Both the position numbers and the translations under genes were made by a program. Below, one piece after another: positions 26,775 to 35,950 of a DNA stretch of 64,000 nucleotides. This DNA is from Bariatricus sp. (GTDB lineage Bacteria; Bacillota; Clostridia; Lachnospirales; Lachnospiraceae): positions 6,442-70,441 of the forward strand of contig JAXFTO010000057.1 in the NCBI GenBank assembly GCA_034176745.1, written 5' to 3'. Below the pieces are notes generated by a model that had not been told where the DNA came from, did no database searches, and worked only from the letters and a program-made list of their open reading frames with translations. The number at the start of each line of letters is the position of its first letter. The first letter of the stretch is position 1.

Positions 26775-28095
26775 ACCTGTAGTTGCCATTGTGGGGCGCC
26801 CGAACGTGGGAAAATCAACGCTTTTTAATGCATTGGCAGGAGAAAAGATAGCAATTGTTAAAGACACGCCGGGAGTAACCAGAGACAGAATATATGCCGA
26901 GGTGAGCTGGCTGGATAAAGAATTTACACTCATCGATACCGGAGGAATCGAGCCGGAAAGCCGCGATGTGATCCTTTCTCAGATGAGAGATCAGGCACAG
27001 ATCGCGATCGATACCGCCGATGTGATTCTGTTTATGACGGATGTGAAGCAGGGGCTGGTGGATTCCGATTCGAAAGTGGCCGACATGCTAAGACGTTCAC
27101 ACAAACCGGTGGTTCTGGTGGTGAATAAAGTGGATAATTTTCAGAAGATGATGCCGGATGTATACGAATTCTATAACCTTGGAATTGGGGATCCAATGCC
27201 GATTTCGGCAGCAGAACGCATCGGAATCGGTGATATGCTGGACAAGGTTCTGGAGTATTTCCCGGAAGGAGCCGGTGAGGAAGAAGAGGACGAGCGTCCG
27301 AGAATCGCGATTGTCGGAAAACCGAACGTCGGAAAATCATCCATTATCAACAAATTGATCGGAGAAGACCGAGTGATTGTTTCCGATATTGCAGGAACGA
27401 CACGTGATGCGATTGATACGGATATCGTTCACAATGGAAGAGAATATGTGTTTATTGATACGGCCGGACTTCGAAGAAAGAATAAGATCAAGGAAGACCT
27501 GGAGCGATATAGTATTATTCGTACGGTAACCGCTGTGGAGCGTGCGGATGTGGTTCTCATTGTGATTGATGCGGTGGAAGGTGTCACAGAACAGGATGCC
27601 AAGATTGCCGGAATCGCCCATGAAAGAGGAAAAGGTGTCATCATTGTTGTAAACAAATGGGATGCAATTGAGAAAAATGACAAGACGGTGAAAGAATACG
27701 AACAGAAGATTCGAATGGTTCTTTCTTTTATGCCGTATGCAGAGATTATGTATGTTTCAGCCAAGACAGGGCAGAGGCTTCCGAAGCTTTTCGATATGAT
27801 CGATATGGTCATTGCAAATCAGACGATGCGTGTGGCAACCGGTGTTCTGAATGAGATCATGACAGAAGCTGTTGCACTTCAGCAGCCGCCGTCAGATAAG
27901 GGAAAACGTCTGAAACTTTACTATATTACACAGGTTTCGGTAAAACCACCGACATTTGTTATTTTTGTCAACGATAAAGAACTGATGCACTTCTCTTATA
28001 CACGTTATCTTGAAAATAAGATTCGGGAGGCCTTTGGATTTAAGGGAACTTCACTGAAATTCTTTATACGTGAGAGAAAGGAGAAAGGTCAGTAA
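26767..28095 (+). CDS. der: Ribosome-biogenesis GTPase Der (EngA)
   Basis: Two tandem GTPase domains (GRPNVGKST and GKPNVGKSS) plus a KH-like C-terminus. Its start overlaps the upstream stop by 8 nt. Confidence 0.95.
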   Translation: MSKPVVAIVGRPNVGKSTLFNALAGEKIAIVKDTPGVTRDRIYAEVSWLDKEFTLIDTGGIEPESRDVILSQMRDQAQIAIDTADVILFMTDVKQGLVDSDSKVADMLRRSHKPVVLVVNKVDNFQKMMPDVYEFYNLGIGDPMPISAAERIGIGDMLDKVLEYFPEGAGEEEEDERPRIAIVGKPNVGKSSIINKLIGEDRVIVSDIAGTTRDAIDTDIVHNGREYVFIDTAGLRRKNKIKEDLERYSIIRTVTAVERADVVLIVIDAVEGVTEQDAKIAGIAHERGKGVIIVVNKWDAIEKNDKTVKEYEQKIRMVLSFMPYAEIMYVSAKTGQRLPKLFDMIDMVIANQTMRVATGVLNEIMTEAVALQQPPSDKGKRLKLYYITQVSVKPPTFVIFVNDKELMHFSYTRYLENKIREAFGFKGTSLKFFIRERKEKGQ

Positions 28096-28096
28096 G

Positions 28097-28738
28097 ATGG
28101 AAAGAATCGTTTGTCTTGGAATAGGGTATTTGTTTGGATTATTTCAAACCGGATATATTTACGGGAGGATGCATGGAATGGATATCCGCAAGCACGGAAG
28201 CGGCAATGCGGGCACCACGAATGCGCTTCGCACCATGGGGGTGAAAGCGGGGGCAATCACTCTTCTTGGGGATTGCTTTAAATGTGTGATCGCTGTACTT
28301 GTGGTAAGAGGAATCTTTGCCGGCAGATGTCCGGATATGCTTCCGCTTCTGTCCTTATATGCCGGTTTTGGGGCGGTGCTTGGACATAATTATCCGTTTT
28401 ATCTTGGATTCAAAGGCGGAAAGGGAATTGCGGCAACAGCTGGAATGATCCTGATCACAGACTTAAGGATTACTGCGGTGTGTCTTGTGGTATTTCTTGT
28501 AATTGTGGCAGTGACCAGATATGTTTCGCTGGGATCTCTCGTGATTTCTGTGTTGTTCCTTGTAGGTCTTGTTGTCTGCGGACAGACAGGCCAGTTCGGT
28601 ATGACACAGAATTATCTGTTTGAGATGTATGGAGTAGGTCTTTTATTTGTATTATCTGCGTTTTTCCAGCATAGAGCAAATATTAAGAGACTACGTACGG
28701 GCACGGAAAACAAAATCGGATTTAAGAAGAAAGATTAA
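28097..28738 (+). CDS. plsY: Glycerol-3-phosphate acyltransferase PlsY
   Basis: Polytopic membrane protein with the GSGN.G.TN and HN.P....FKGGKG motifs. Confidence 0.9.
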   Translation: MERIVCLGIGYLFGLFQTGYIYGRMHGMDIRKHGSGNAGTTNALRTMGVKAGAITLLGDCFKCVIAVLVVRGIFAGRCPDMLPLLSLYAGFGAVLGHNYPFYLGFKGGKGIAATAGMILITDLRITAVCLVVFLVIVAVTRYVSLGSLVISVLFLVGLVVCGQTGQFGMTQNYLFEMYGVGLLFVLSAFFQHRANIKRLRTGTENKIGFKKKD

Positions 28739-28762
28739 TCAAAATGAACAAGGAGAATGACG

Positions 28763-29776
28763 ATGAAGAAGATAGGTGTTATGGGTGCCGGCAGCTGGGG
28801 AACCGCACTGGCAGTCCTTCTTTGCAATAATGGACATGATGTAACTGTATGGTCGATTGATCCAAATGAGATAAAGATGCTGGATAAGAAGCGGGAACAT
28901 GAGTCGAAGCTTCCCGGAGTAAAGATACCGGATGGCATTGCATTTACAAATCAAATAGAAGAAGGAATTCTTGATAAAGATGTAATTGTGCTTGCGGTTC
29001 CGTCACCATTTACCAGAAGCACTGCACGTTCTATGAAGCCGTATGTGAAGGAAGGGCAGATTCTGGTCAATGTGGCAAAGGGAATCGAAGAGACAACGCT
29101 TATGACGCTCAGCGAGCAGATTGAAGAAGAAATCCCGCAGGCAAATGTGGCGGTTCTTTCCGGCCCGAGCCATGCGGAAGAGGTAGGCAGAAGACTTCCT
29201 ACCACGGTCGTTGTAGGAGCTAAGAAGAGGGAGACGGCAGAATATTTACAGAAAATCTTCATGAGTGAAGTGTTCCGCGTCTACACGAGTCCGGATATTC
29301 TGGGAATCGAGCTGGGAGGATCTCTGAAAAATGTCATCGCTCTTGCGGCAGGTATCGCAGACGGACTTGGATATGGTGATAATACGAAGGCGGCTCTTAT
29401 CACCAGAGGAATTGCAGAGATTGCAAGGCTTGGTGTGAAGATGGGCGGTAAGATTGAATCCTTCACCGGACTTACCGGAATCGGAGATCTGATCGTGACC
29501 TGTGCCAGCGTGCACAGCCGTAACCGGAAAGCCGGATACCTTATGGGACAGGGAAAGACCATGGAAGAGGCAATGACCGAGGTTAAGATGGTAGTAGAAG
29601 GTGTATATTCAGCAAAAGCAGCGAAGAAGCTGGCTGAGAAATACGAAGTATCCATGCCGATCGTAGAGGAAGTGAATAAAGTTTTATTTGAGGGGAAAAA
29701 GGCTAAAGAAGCAGTGAGCGAACTGATGCTAAGAGACGGAAGAATTGAACATCCTGCGCTTCCATGGGAAGAATAG
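28763..29776 (+). CDS. gpsA: NAD(P)H-dependent glycerol-3-phosphate dehydrogenase
   Basis: G.GSWGTALA Rossmann motif with full-length GpsA similarity. The ATG at 28763 is 7 nt after AGGAG, whereas the ATG at 28757 is only 1 nt after it. Confidence 0.95.
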   Translation: MKKIGVMGAGSWGTALAVLLCNNGHDVTVWSIDPNEIKMLDKKREHESKLPGVKIPDGIAFTNQIEEGILDKDVIVLAVPSPFTRSTARSMKPYVKEGQILVNVAKGIEETTLMTLSEQIEEEIPQANVAVLSGPSHAEEVGRRLPTTVVVGAKKRETAEYLQKIFMSEVFRVYTSPDILGIELGGSLKNVIALAAGIADGLGYGDNTKAALITRGIAEIARLGVKMGGKIESFTGLTGIGDLIVTCASVHSRNRKAGYLMGQGKTMEEAMTEVKMVVEGVYSAKAAKKLAEKYEVSMPIVEEVNKVLFEGKKAKEAVSELMLRDGRIEHPALPWEE

Positions 29777-29802
29777 GAACACACAGGATTTAGGAGGAGT
29801 AT

Positions 29803-32247
29803 ATTACGAAAGAAAGAAGAACTCTTGAGGATGATGAGATAATACGCGGGGAGATTCAAAGAATCAGACCTGACTATCGTGAGGGTTTAAAAACAAGTCA
29901 AGTAGAGGAGCGAGTGGAAAACGGGTGGACGAACGAAGAAGTTGCTCCGCCCTCGCTCACAGTAAAAGAGATCATTCATAAAAATGTATTTACGTATTTC
30001 AATCTGATTTTCCTGGTGCTGGCAGGGCTTTTATGCATTGTCGGCTCTTTCAGAAATCTTACATTTCTGCCGGTTATTATTGCAAACACATGCATAGGAA
30101 TCATTCAGGAAATCCGTGCGAAAAAGGTACTGGATAAACTGAATATGCTGAATGCACCTCATGCGAGGGTGGTTAGAAACGGAAAAATCAGCGAGATCGA
30201 CGCAGCAGATCTTGTTGTGGATGATATTGTCATTTTTGGATCCGGCAATCAGATCTGTGCGGATGCCGTGGTGGAGGAAGGAGAGGTAAAGGTAAATGAA
30301 TCCCTTCTGACAGGGGAGTCCGATGAGATCACAAAGCGGCGCGGTGATAAGCTATTATCGGGCAGTTTTATCGTCTCCGGAAAATGTCACGCAAGACTTA
30401 CCTATGTGGGAAAAGATTCTTATATTTCCAGATTGACACTGGAAGCAGGGGCTATGCCGGAAGGGGAACAGTCAGAAATGATCCGTTCGCTTGATAAACT
30501 GGTAAAATTCGTGGGAATCGCATTGATTCCGATTGCAATCGTGATGGTCGTCCAGAGCTTCTTTTTTAACGGAGAAAGTTTTAAGGAAAGTATTGTATCC
30601 ATGGTCGCTGCAGTGATCGGCATGATTCCGGAGGGGCTTTATCTTCTTGCAAGTGTGGCTCTTGTAGTGAGTTCCATGCGGCTTGCTTCAAAGAAAGTCC
30701 TGCTTCATGATATGAAGAGCATTGAAACTCTGGCACGAGTGGATGTGCTTTGCGTAGATAAGACCGGTACGATAACAGAAAGCAGCATGTGCGTGAATGA
30801 AGTCGTAAAGGCTAAGAAGTATGATGAAGAGTCCATGCCGCCTCTTGAGGAGATAATCGGCGATTTCGTCAGCCAGATGGAGCCGGACAATGCAACGATG
30901 ATAGCCATGAAAGAGTATTTTAAAGAAGGTTCGGGGAAAAAACCTGACAAGGTGATTCCGTTTTCTTCTACGGTCAAATACAGCGGCGTGGTTTACGGTG
31001 AGAATTCCTATGTCCTCGGAGCACCGGAGTTCGTGCTGAGAAAGGCGTTTTCCGAGCATCAGGATGCGATCAGCAAATTTGCTGCAAAGGGGTACCGTGT
31101 ACTGGTGTTCGCAAAATATGACGGAATCCCGGACGGATCTCCTCTTATGAAAGATGCCGAGCCACTCGGGTATGTGCTTCTTCTTAATAAAGTAAGAAAG
31201 GAAGCACCGGCAACATTCTCATTCTTTGAAAGACAAGGCGTGGATATCAAGGTAATTTCCGGTGATAATCCGCTTACGGTATCGGAGACGGCAAAACAGG
31301 CCGGAATCAAAAATGCAGATTCTTATGTAGATGCAAGAGAATTAAAAACAGAAGAAGAGATAGAAGAAGCGGTTACGAGATACACCGTTTTCGGACGAGT
31401 TGTACCGGAACAGAAAAGGCAGTTTGTACAGGCACTGAAAAAGCAGGGGCGTACCGTTGCCATGACGGGTGATGGTGTCAATGACGTTCTTGCCTTAAAG
31501 GATGCAGACTGTTCTGTGGCGATGGCTTCAGGAAGCGATGCGGCAGCACAGGCATCTCAGGTAGTACTTCTGGAGTCTGATTTTTCAAGAATGCCGGATG
31601 TGGTACTGGAAGGAAGAAGAGTGGTAAATAATATTCAAAGATCAGCGAGTCTTTTCCTGGTTAAGAATATCTTTTCTTTCCTGCTTTCACTTTTTGCCCT
31701 TGCTTTTATGATCACGTATCCGTTAGAACCTTCTCAGGTTTCGCTGATTACGATGTACACGATTGGAATTCCGGCATTCTTTCTGGCGTTGCAGCCGAAT
31801 AAGGAGATTATCCGCGGACATTTCCTTACCAATGTGGTCTTAAAAGCGCTTCCGGCCGGACTTACGGATGTACTTGCAGTTGGAGCGCTGGTGATATTTG
31901 GACAGACTTTCGGTGTGCCTGAATCCGATATTTCAACAGCGGCCACGATGCTCCTTGCAATTGTGGGATTTATGATTCTTTACCGGATCTGCCAGCCGAT
32001 GAATCTTCTGCGGAAGATCATCTGGATCGGCTGCGTGGCGGGACTTCTCGGATGCAGTATTTTCCTTCCGAAATTATTTGCAATTACAGGAATGTCGAAG
32101 AAATGTATCATGCTGTTCGTAGTATTTTCCATTGCGACAGAACCGGTGCTTCATTATCTGACACGGTTTGTGGAATGGGTAAGAGAATGGTATATCCGGT
32201 TGTTTAAAGAACCGGAAAAAAGAGTAGGAAAAAGAGATTTGAATTAG
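29803..32247 (+). CDS. Cation-translocating P-type ATPase (HAD-IC family); start codon uncertain
   Basis: DKTGTIT phosphorylation motif, TGES, TGDGVNDV, and ~8-10 TM segments. The conserved N-terminal GL..SQVEERVENGWTN lies upstream of the first canonical start (GTG 29914). See the finding on a possible ATT start at 29803. Confidence 0.8.
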   Translation: MTKERRTLEDDEIIRGEIQRIRPDYREGLKTSQVEERVENGWTNEEVAPPSLTVKEIIHKNVFTYFNLIFLVLAGLLCIVGSFRNLTFLPVIIANTCIGIIQEIRAKKVLDKLNMLNAPHARVVRNGKISEIDAADLVVDDIVIFGSGNQICADAVVEEGEVKVNESLLTGESDEITKRRGDKLLSGSFIVSGKCHARLTYVGKDSYISRLTLEAGAMPEGEQSEMIRSLDKLVKFVGIALIPIAIVMVVQSFFFNGESFKESIVSMVAAVIGMIPEGLYLLASVALVVSSMRLASKKVLLHDMKSIETLARVDVLCVDKTGTITESSMCVNEVVKAKKYDEESMPPLEEIIGDFVSQMEPDNATMIAMKEYFKEGSGKKPDKVIPFSSTVKYSGVVYGENSYVLGAPEFVLRKAFSEHQDAISKFAAKGYRVLVFAKYDGIPDGSPLMKDAEPLGYVLLLNKVRKEAPATFSFFERQGVDIKVISGDNPLTVSETAKQAGIKNADSYVDARELKTEEEIEEAVTRYTVFGRVVPEQKRQFVQALKKQGRTVAMTGDGVNDVLALKDADCSVAMASGSDAAAQASQVVLLESDFSRMPDVVLEGRRVVNNIQRSASLFLVKNIFSFLLSLFALAFMITYPLEPSQVSLITMYTIGIPAFFLALQPNKEIIRGHFLTNVVLKALPAGLTDVLAVGALVIFGQTFGVPESDISTAATMLLAIVGFMILYRICQPMNLLRKIIWIGCVAGLLGCSIFLPKLFAITGMSKKCIMLFVVFSIATEPVLHYLTRFVEWVREWYIRLFKEPEKRVGKRDLN

Positions 32248-32249
32248 CA

Positions 32250-32278
32250 GAATAATCGAAAATGTTTTGGCATACATT
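32250..32278 (+). promoter_or_regulatory. Sigma-E-type (mother-cell) promoter of spoIVA
   Basis: GAATAAT (-35, consensus kmATATT), 14-nt spacer, CATACATT (-10, consensus CATAcAmT), about 30 nt upstream of the spoIVA ATG. spoIVA is sigma-E-dependent in B. subtilis. Confidence 0.55.
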
Positions 32279-32306
32279 GGTATCAGCCGGCAAAGGAGGA
32301 TACCGT

Positions 32307-33779
32307 ATGAATACATTTGATCTATACAAGGACATTGAAACGAGGACAGGCGGGGAAATTTATATTGGAGTCGTGGGACCGGTACGAACCGGAAAGTCCA
32401 CATTTATCAAAAGGTTTATGGATGTTCTGGTGCTCCCGGGGTTAACGGATGAGCATGCAAAAGCGAGAACTGTGGATGAGCTTCCGCAGTCAGCATCCGG
32501 AAAGACAATCATGACAACGGAACCTAAGTTTGTACCGAAGGAGGCGGCAGTCTTGAAACTGTCCGGAGATACGGAGGTAAAGATCAGGCTGATCGACTGT
32601 GTCGGTTATATGGTAGAAGGCGCAGCCGGGCATATTGAAAACGGCGGAGAACGTCAGGTGAAGACACCGTGGTTCGAATACGAGATTCCATTTACCAAAG
32701 CAGCGGGCATTGGCACCAGGAAAGTGATTCATGATCATTCTACGATAGGAATTGTGGTCACAACAGACGGCAGTATCGGTGAGATTCCAAGGGAAAACTA
32801 CCGTCCGGCCGAGGAACAGACGATTCAGGAACTGAAGACGCTGGGAAAACCGTTTATTGTACTTGTAAATACGAAGAAACCATATGGAGAAGAAGCGAAA
32901 AGGATCGCAAAAGAACTGGAAGAGGAATATCATGTTACGGCGATGCCGGTAAACTGTGAACAGTTGAAGGAGGAAGATATTCATCGAATCATGGAACAGA
33001 TCCTTTTCGCTTTTCCTGTTTCTGAGCTTCAGTTTTATATTCCTAAATGGGTAGAGATGCTTCCGCGAGACCATAAGATCAAGATGGATATGCTGGGATA
33101 TGTGCGCCAGGTTCTGAATGGAGTGAATGAGATACGGGATGTGGATCATGTTATCCGTACACCGCAAAGCCCGTACATAACTGAGGTGAAGATCGGTAAA
33201 ATATCAATGGATACAGGATGTATTGCCGTCGAAATCCGGGTAGATGATGCATGTTATTATGAGACGATCAGTGAGCTTACGGGCACTTCGATCAGCAGTG
33301 AGTATGATCTTATCGGTACGATCAAGGAACTGTCTTCTCTGCGGAAAGAATATGAAAGTGTTAAAGATGCCATGGATTCCGTAAAACTGAAAGGTTATGG
33401 TGTGGTCAGTCCCGGAAAAACAGAAATCCGTCTGGATGAACCGATTGTAATCAAGCAGGGAAGTAAATTCGGGGTAAAGATTCATTCGGAAGCGCCCTCT
33501 ATCCATATGATACGTGCAAATATCGAGACGGAAATTGCCCCGATCGTGGGAAGTGAACAGCAGGCGGAAGATTTGAAAAAATATATTATGGAAGCCGGAA
33601 ATTCTCCGGAAGGAGTATGGGGAACCAATATATTCGGAAAATCTGTGGAAGAGCTGGTTATGGACGGAATGCGCAGCAAAATTGCGATGATCGGAGATGA
33701 GAGCCAGGTAAAATTGCAGGACACCATGCAGAAAATTGTCAATGACAGTAATGGAGGTATGATCTGTATCATAATTTAA
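32307..33779 (+). CDS. spoIVA: Stage IV sporulation protein A
   Basis: MNTFDLYKDIETRTGGEIYIGVVGPVRTGKSTFIKRFM (Walker A) and full-length SpoIVA similarity. AAGGAGG lies upstream of the ATG at 32307. Confidence 0.95.
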   Translation: MNTFDLYKDIETRTGGEIYIGVVGPVRTGKSTFIKRFMDVLVLPGLTDEHAKARTVDELPQSASGKTIMTTEPKFVPKEAAVLKLSGDTEVKIRLIDCVGYMVEGAAGHIENGGERQVKTPWFEYEIPFTKAAGIGTRKVIHDHSTIGIVVTTDGSIGEIPRENYRPAEEQTIQELKTLGKPFIVLVNTKKPYGEEAKRIAKELEEEYHVTAMPVNCEQLKEEDIHRIMEQILFAFPVSELQFYIPKWVEMLPRDHKIKMDMLGYVRQVLNGVNEIRDVDHVIRTPQSPYITEVKIGKISMDTGCIAVEIRVDDACYYETISELTGTSISSEYDLIGTIKELSSLRKEYESVKDAMDSVKLKGYGVVSPGKTEIRLDEPIVIKQGSKFGVKIHSEAPSIHMIRANIETEIAPIVGSEQQAEDLKKYIMEAGNSPEGVWGTNIFGKSVEELVMDGMRSKIAMIGDESQVKLQDTMQKIVNDSNGGMICIII

Positions 33780-33799
33780 TGAGCCAAGGGACAAATGGG

Positions 33800-33832
33800 C
33801 ACAAATCGAATGTTTACATTCGATTTTGTGTC
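33800..33832 (+). terminator. Hairpin/terminator after spoIVA
   Basis: CACAAATCGAATGT-TT-ACATTCGATTTTGTG near-perfect palindrome. T residues lie within and after the 3' arm. Confidence 0.5.
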
Positions 33833-34091
33833 TATGGGGACCGCTAAATCATGAAGAAGTAGCCATTTTTCGTAGAAAAATGAGCGAATTCTGAATGATT
33901 TCATCGATTTTGAGAGTGCGTAAGCACGTAAAAATCGATGTCTGGCTCATTTGTCGGGCAACTCATTTAATATAATGTTGCACATCTGTTTTGGGGTGTG
34001 ATATACTTTAAGTTACCGAATACACCGGAACAGGTGTGGTCTCAGTTCCGGTTTGGGCTGTACGTAGGAGAAAGAAAAGAGGAGAGTATTC

Positions 34092-34577
34092 ATGAGAGCA
34101 GCAATTGTTTCAGTAGATACAATGATTTACCAGAAATTGAAAGAAGATGACTGTTCACCGATTGTAAAGAGAATGTTGGGGCAGGTTAGTTTTAAGACAG
34201 AACTTATCCAGCCGGTGCCGAATGATAAGGAAGTGATACGTAAGATTCTGGCGAGGATTGCTGATGCAGGTATTGCGGATCTGGTTCTTACCATCGGAGG
34301 AATCGGATGCAGGGATGAGGACTGGACACCGGAAGCGACAAAGTCGATTCTGGATAAAGAGATACCGGGTATGGCAGAAGCCATGCGCCTTTATATGGAG
34401 CGAACGAGAAAGCGCGCCATGCTGACCCGGGGAGTGGCCGGAATCAGGAATCATACGATTATCGTAAACCTTCCGGGAAGCCCGAAGATTATTAAAGAAT
34501 GTCTGGAATATATTCTTCCGGAGATCGTGTATGCGACAGAAGTGGTTCTGGGAGAACATGACGACATTAAGGAGTAG
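34092..34577 (+). CDS. MogA/MoaB-family molybdenum-cofactor biosynthesis domain protein
   Basis: DLVLTIGGIG.RD.D.TPEAT and NLPGSPK motifs of the MoCF_biosynth domain. Confidence 0.8.
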   Translation: MRAAIVSVDTMIYQKLKEDDCSPIVKRMLGQVSFKTELIQPVPNDKEVIRKILARIADAGIADLVLTIGGIGCRDEDWTPEATKSILDKEIPGMAEAMRLYMERTRKRAMLTRGVAGIRNHTIIVNLPGSPKIIKECLEYILPEIVYATEVVLGEHDDIKE

Positions 34578-35054
34578 ATGATGAAAGTTAGTATATACAC
34601 CGACGGAGCAGCCAGAGGGAATCCGGACGGACCGGGCGGATATGGCACTGTTCTGCAATATGTAGATCCGAAGGGACAGCTTCATGTAAAGGAGCTTTCT
34701 CAGGGATATGTGAAGACGACCAATAACAGGATGGAGCTTATGGCTGTGATCGCGGGACTGGAAGCTCTGAACCGTCCCTGTGAGGTGCAGCTTTATTCCG
34801 ATTCGCAGTATGTAGTCAATGCATTTAATCAGCACTGGATCGAAGGCTGGATCAAGAAAGGCTGGAAGCGGGGAAAGAATGAACCGGTAAAGAACATGGA
34901 TCTCTGGAAACGGCTTCTGGAAGCGAAGAAGCCGCATCAGGTACAGTTCATCTGGGTGAAAGGTCATGACGGTCATCCGCAGAATGAACGCTGTGATACA
35001 CTGGCGACAACGGCAGCGGATGGAGCGAATCTGATTATAGACGAAGGACTTTAG
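34578..35054 (+). CDS. rnhA: Ribonuclease HI
   Basis: IYTDGAARGNPGPGGYG...NNRMEL...SDSQYV...W.KVKGH....NE.CD (DEDD catalytic residues). The ATG immediately follows the upstream TAG stop. Confidence 0.9.
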   Translation: MMKVSIYTDGAARGNPDGPGGYGTVLQYVDPKGQLHVKELSQGYVKTTNNRMELMAVIAGLEALNRPCEVQLYSDSQYVVNAFNQHWIEGWIKKGWKRGKNEPVKNMDLWKRLLEAKKPHQVQFIWVKGHDGHPQNERCDTLATTAADGANLIIDEGL

Positions 35055-35089
35055 ACTTTACAAGAAGAAAAAAATGTGATAGAGTGTTT

Positions 35090-35443
35090 GAGGCAAGTAA
35101 GACAGACGTTCGCGGCTGCAAGCGCCGAAAGGCCGCAGGTGAGGAAAGTCCGGGCTTCACAGGGCAGGATGCCGGATAACGTCCGGTGGAGGTGACTCCA
35201 AGGATAGTGCAACAGAAATAAACCGCCTGTCATATGACAGGTAAGGGTGGAAAGGCAGTGTAAGAGACTACCGCCCGTGTGGTAACAGACGGGGCACATG
35301 TAAACCCCATCCGAAGCAAGACCGAATCAAAACGATGTGGCGGCCCGTCACGTTTTAGGTAGGTCGCTTGAATCTGCTGGTAACAGCAGGTCTGGATAGA
35401 TGAACGTCCAACGACATAACCCGGCTTATCGTTTTGCTTGTTA
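35090..35443 (+). ncRNA. rnpB: RNase P RNA, bacterial type A
   Basis: Universal GAGGAAAGTCCGGGC (P4 5' strand) and ACATAACCCGGCTTA (P4 3' strand). AGTGCAACAGAAA, GGTAAGGGTG and GGTAACA elements are collinear with E. coli M1 RNA. P1 can form between 35094-35103 and 35431-35440, and P2 between GACGTTC and GAACGTC. Ends are approximate. Confidence 0.9.
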
Positions 35444-35483
35444 TAAAAAACAGATTGTGCTGATGCACAATCTGTTTTTTAGT
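35443..35483. terminator. Bidirectional intrinsic terminator between rnpB (+) and pyrI (-)
   Basis: AAAAAACAGATTGTGC-TGAT-GCACAATCTGTTTTTT. Confidence 0.85.
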
Positions 35484-35484
35484 A

Positions 35485-35937
35485 CTATTTATTTCTTTTC
35501 TGTCTGTCATATTTCTCTTCGCAATATTTGCAGCGGTAAACTTCATTTTCCGGATCGGTCAGTACGAATACCTGATCCAGTTCCTGCTCGATGGAAGTGA
35601 TACAGCGAGGATTCTTGCATTTGATCACATTTTTGATTTCTTTCGGAAGCTTCAGAGCCTTCTTTTCAACAATCTCTTCATTTTCAATGATGTTGATCGT
35701 AATATTGTGATCGATGAATCCGAGGATATCCAGATCGATGATGTCGATCGGACATTCGATTTTCATGATATCTTTTTTCCCCATCTTATTGCTCTTTGCA
35801 TTCTTGATGATCGCTACACAGCAGTCAAGTTTATCAAGCTTCAGATATTTGTAAATATCCATACTCTTTCCGGCTTCGATATGGTCAAGTACAAAACCTT
35901 CGGAAATCTTACCGATATTTAAAGTATTCTTTACCAT
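35485..35937 (-). CDS. pyrI: Aspartate carbamoyltransferase regulatory subunit
   Basis: C-terminal zinc domain CKNPRCIT...YRCKYCE. Lies immediately downstream of pyrB. Start trimmed to the ATG at 35937. Confidence 0.9.
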   Translation of the reverse strand: MVKNTLNIGKISEGFVLDHIEAGKSMDIYKYLKLDKLDCCVAIIKNAKSNKMGKKDIMKIECPIDIIDLDILGFIDHNITINIIENEEIVEKKALKLPKEIKNVIKCKNPRCITSIEQELDQVFVLTDPENEVYRCKYCEEKYDRQKRNK

Positions 35938-35950
35938 AGTCTGTTTCCTC

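Noticed and set aside
33780-33990. 6S RNA or another long-hairpin sRNA in the spoIVA-mogA spacer, plus a 26-codon ORF at 33895-33975
   Set aside because: The 5' and 3' ends do not form the long closing helix expected for 6S RNA, and the mini-ORF has no SD. The region is kept only as an unexplained structured spacer (see the finding).
33985-34091. Possible Moco riboswitch upstream of the mogA-like gene
   Set aside because: The context is tempting, but I cannot recognise the conserved Moco-motif core in this sequence. Only generic alternative hairpins are visible. It needs a covariance-model search before any claim.
34155-34976. A 273-codon antisense ORF spanning both the mogA-like gene and rnhA
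   Set aside because: It crosses the boundary of two well-supported sense genes, has no ribosome-binding site, and its translation shows no domain signature.
35051-35600. ORF-track frames 35051-35299 (-), 35355-35546 (-) and 35400-35600 (+)
   Set aside because: They overlap the RNase P RNA gene and its bidirectional terminator. They are not coding.
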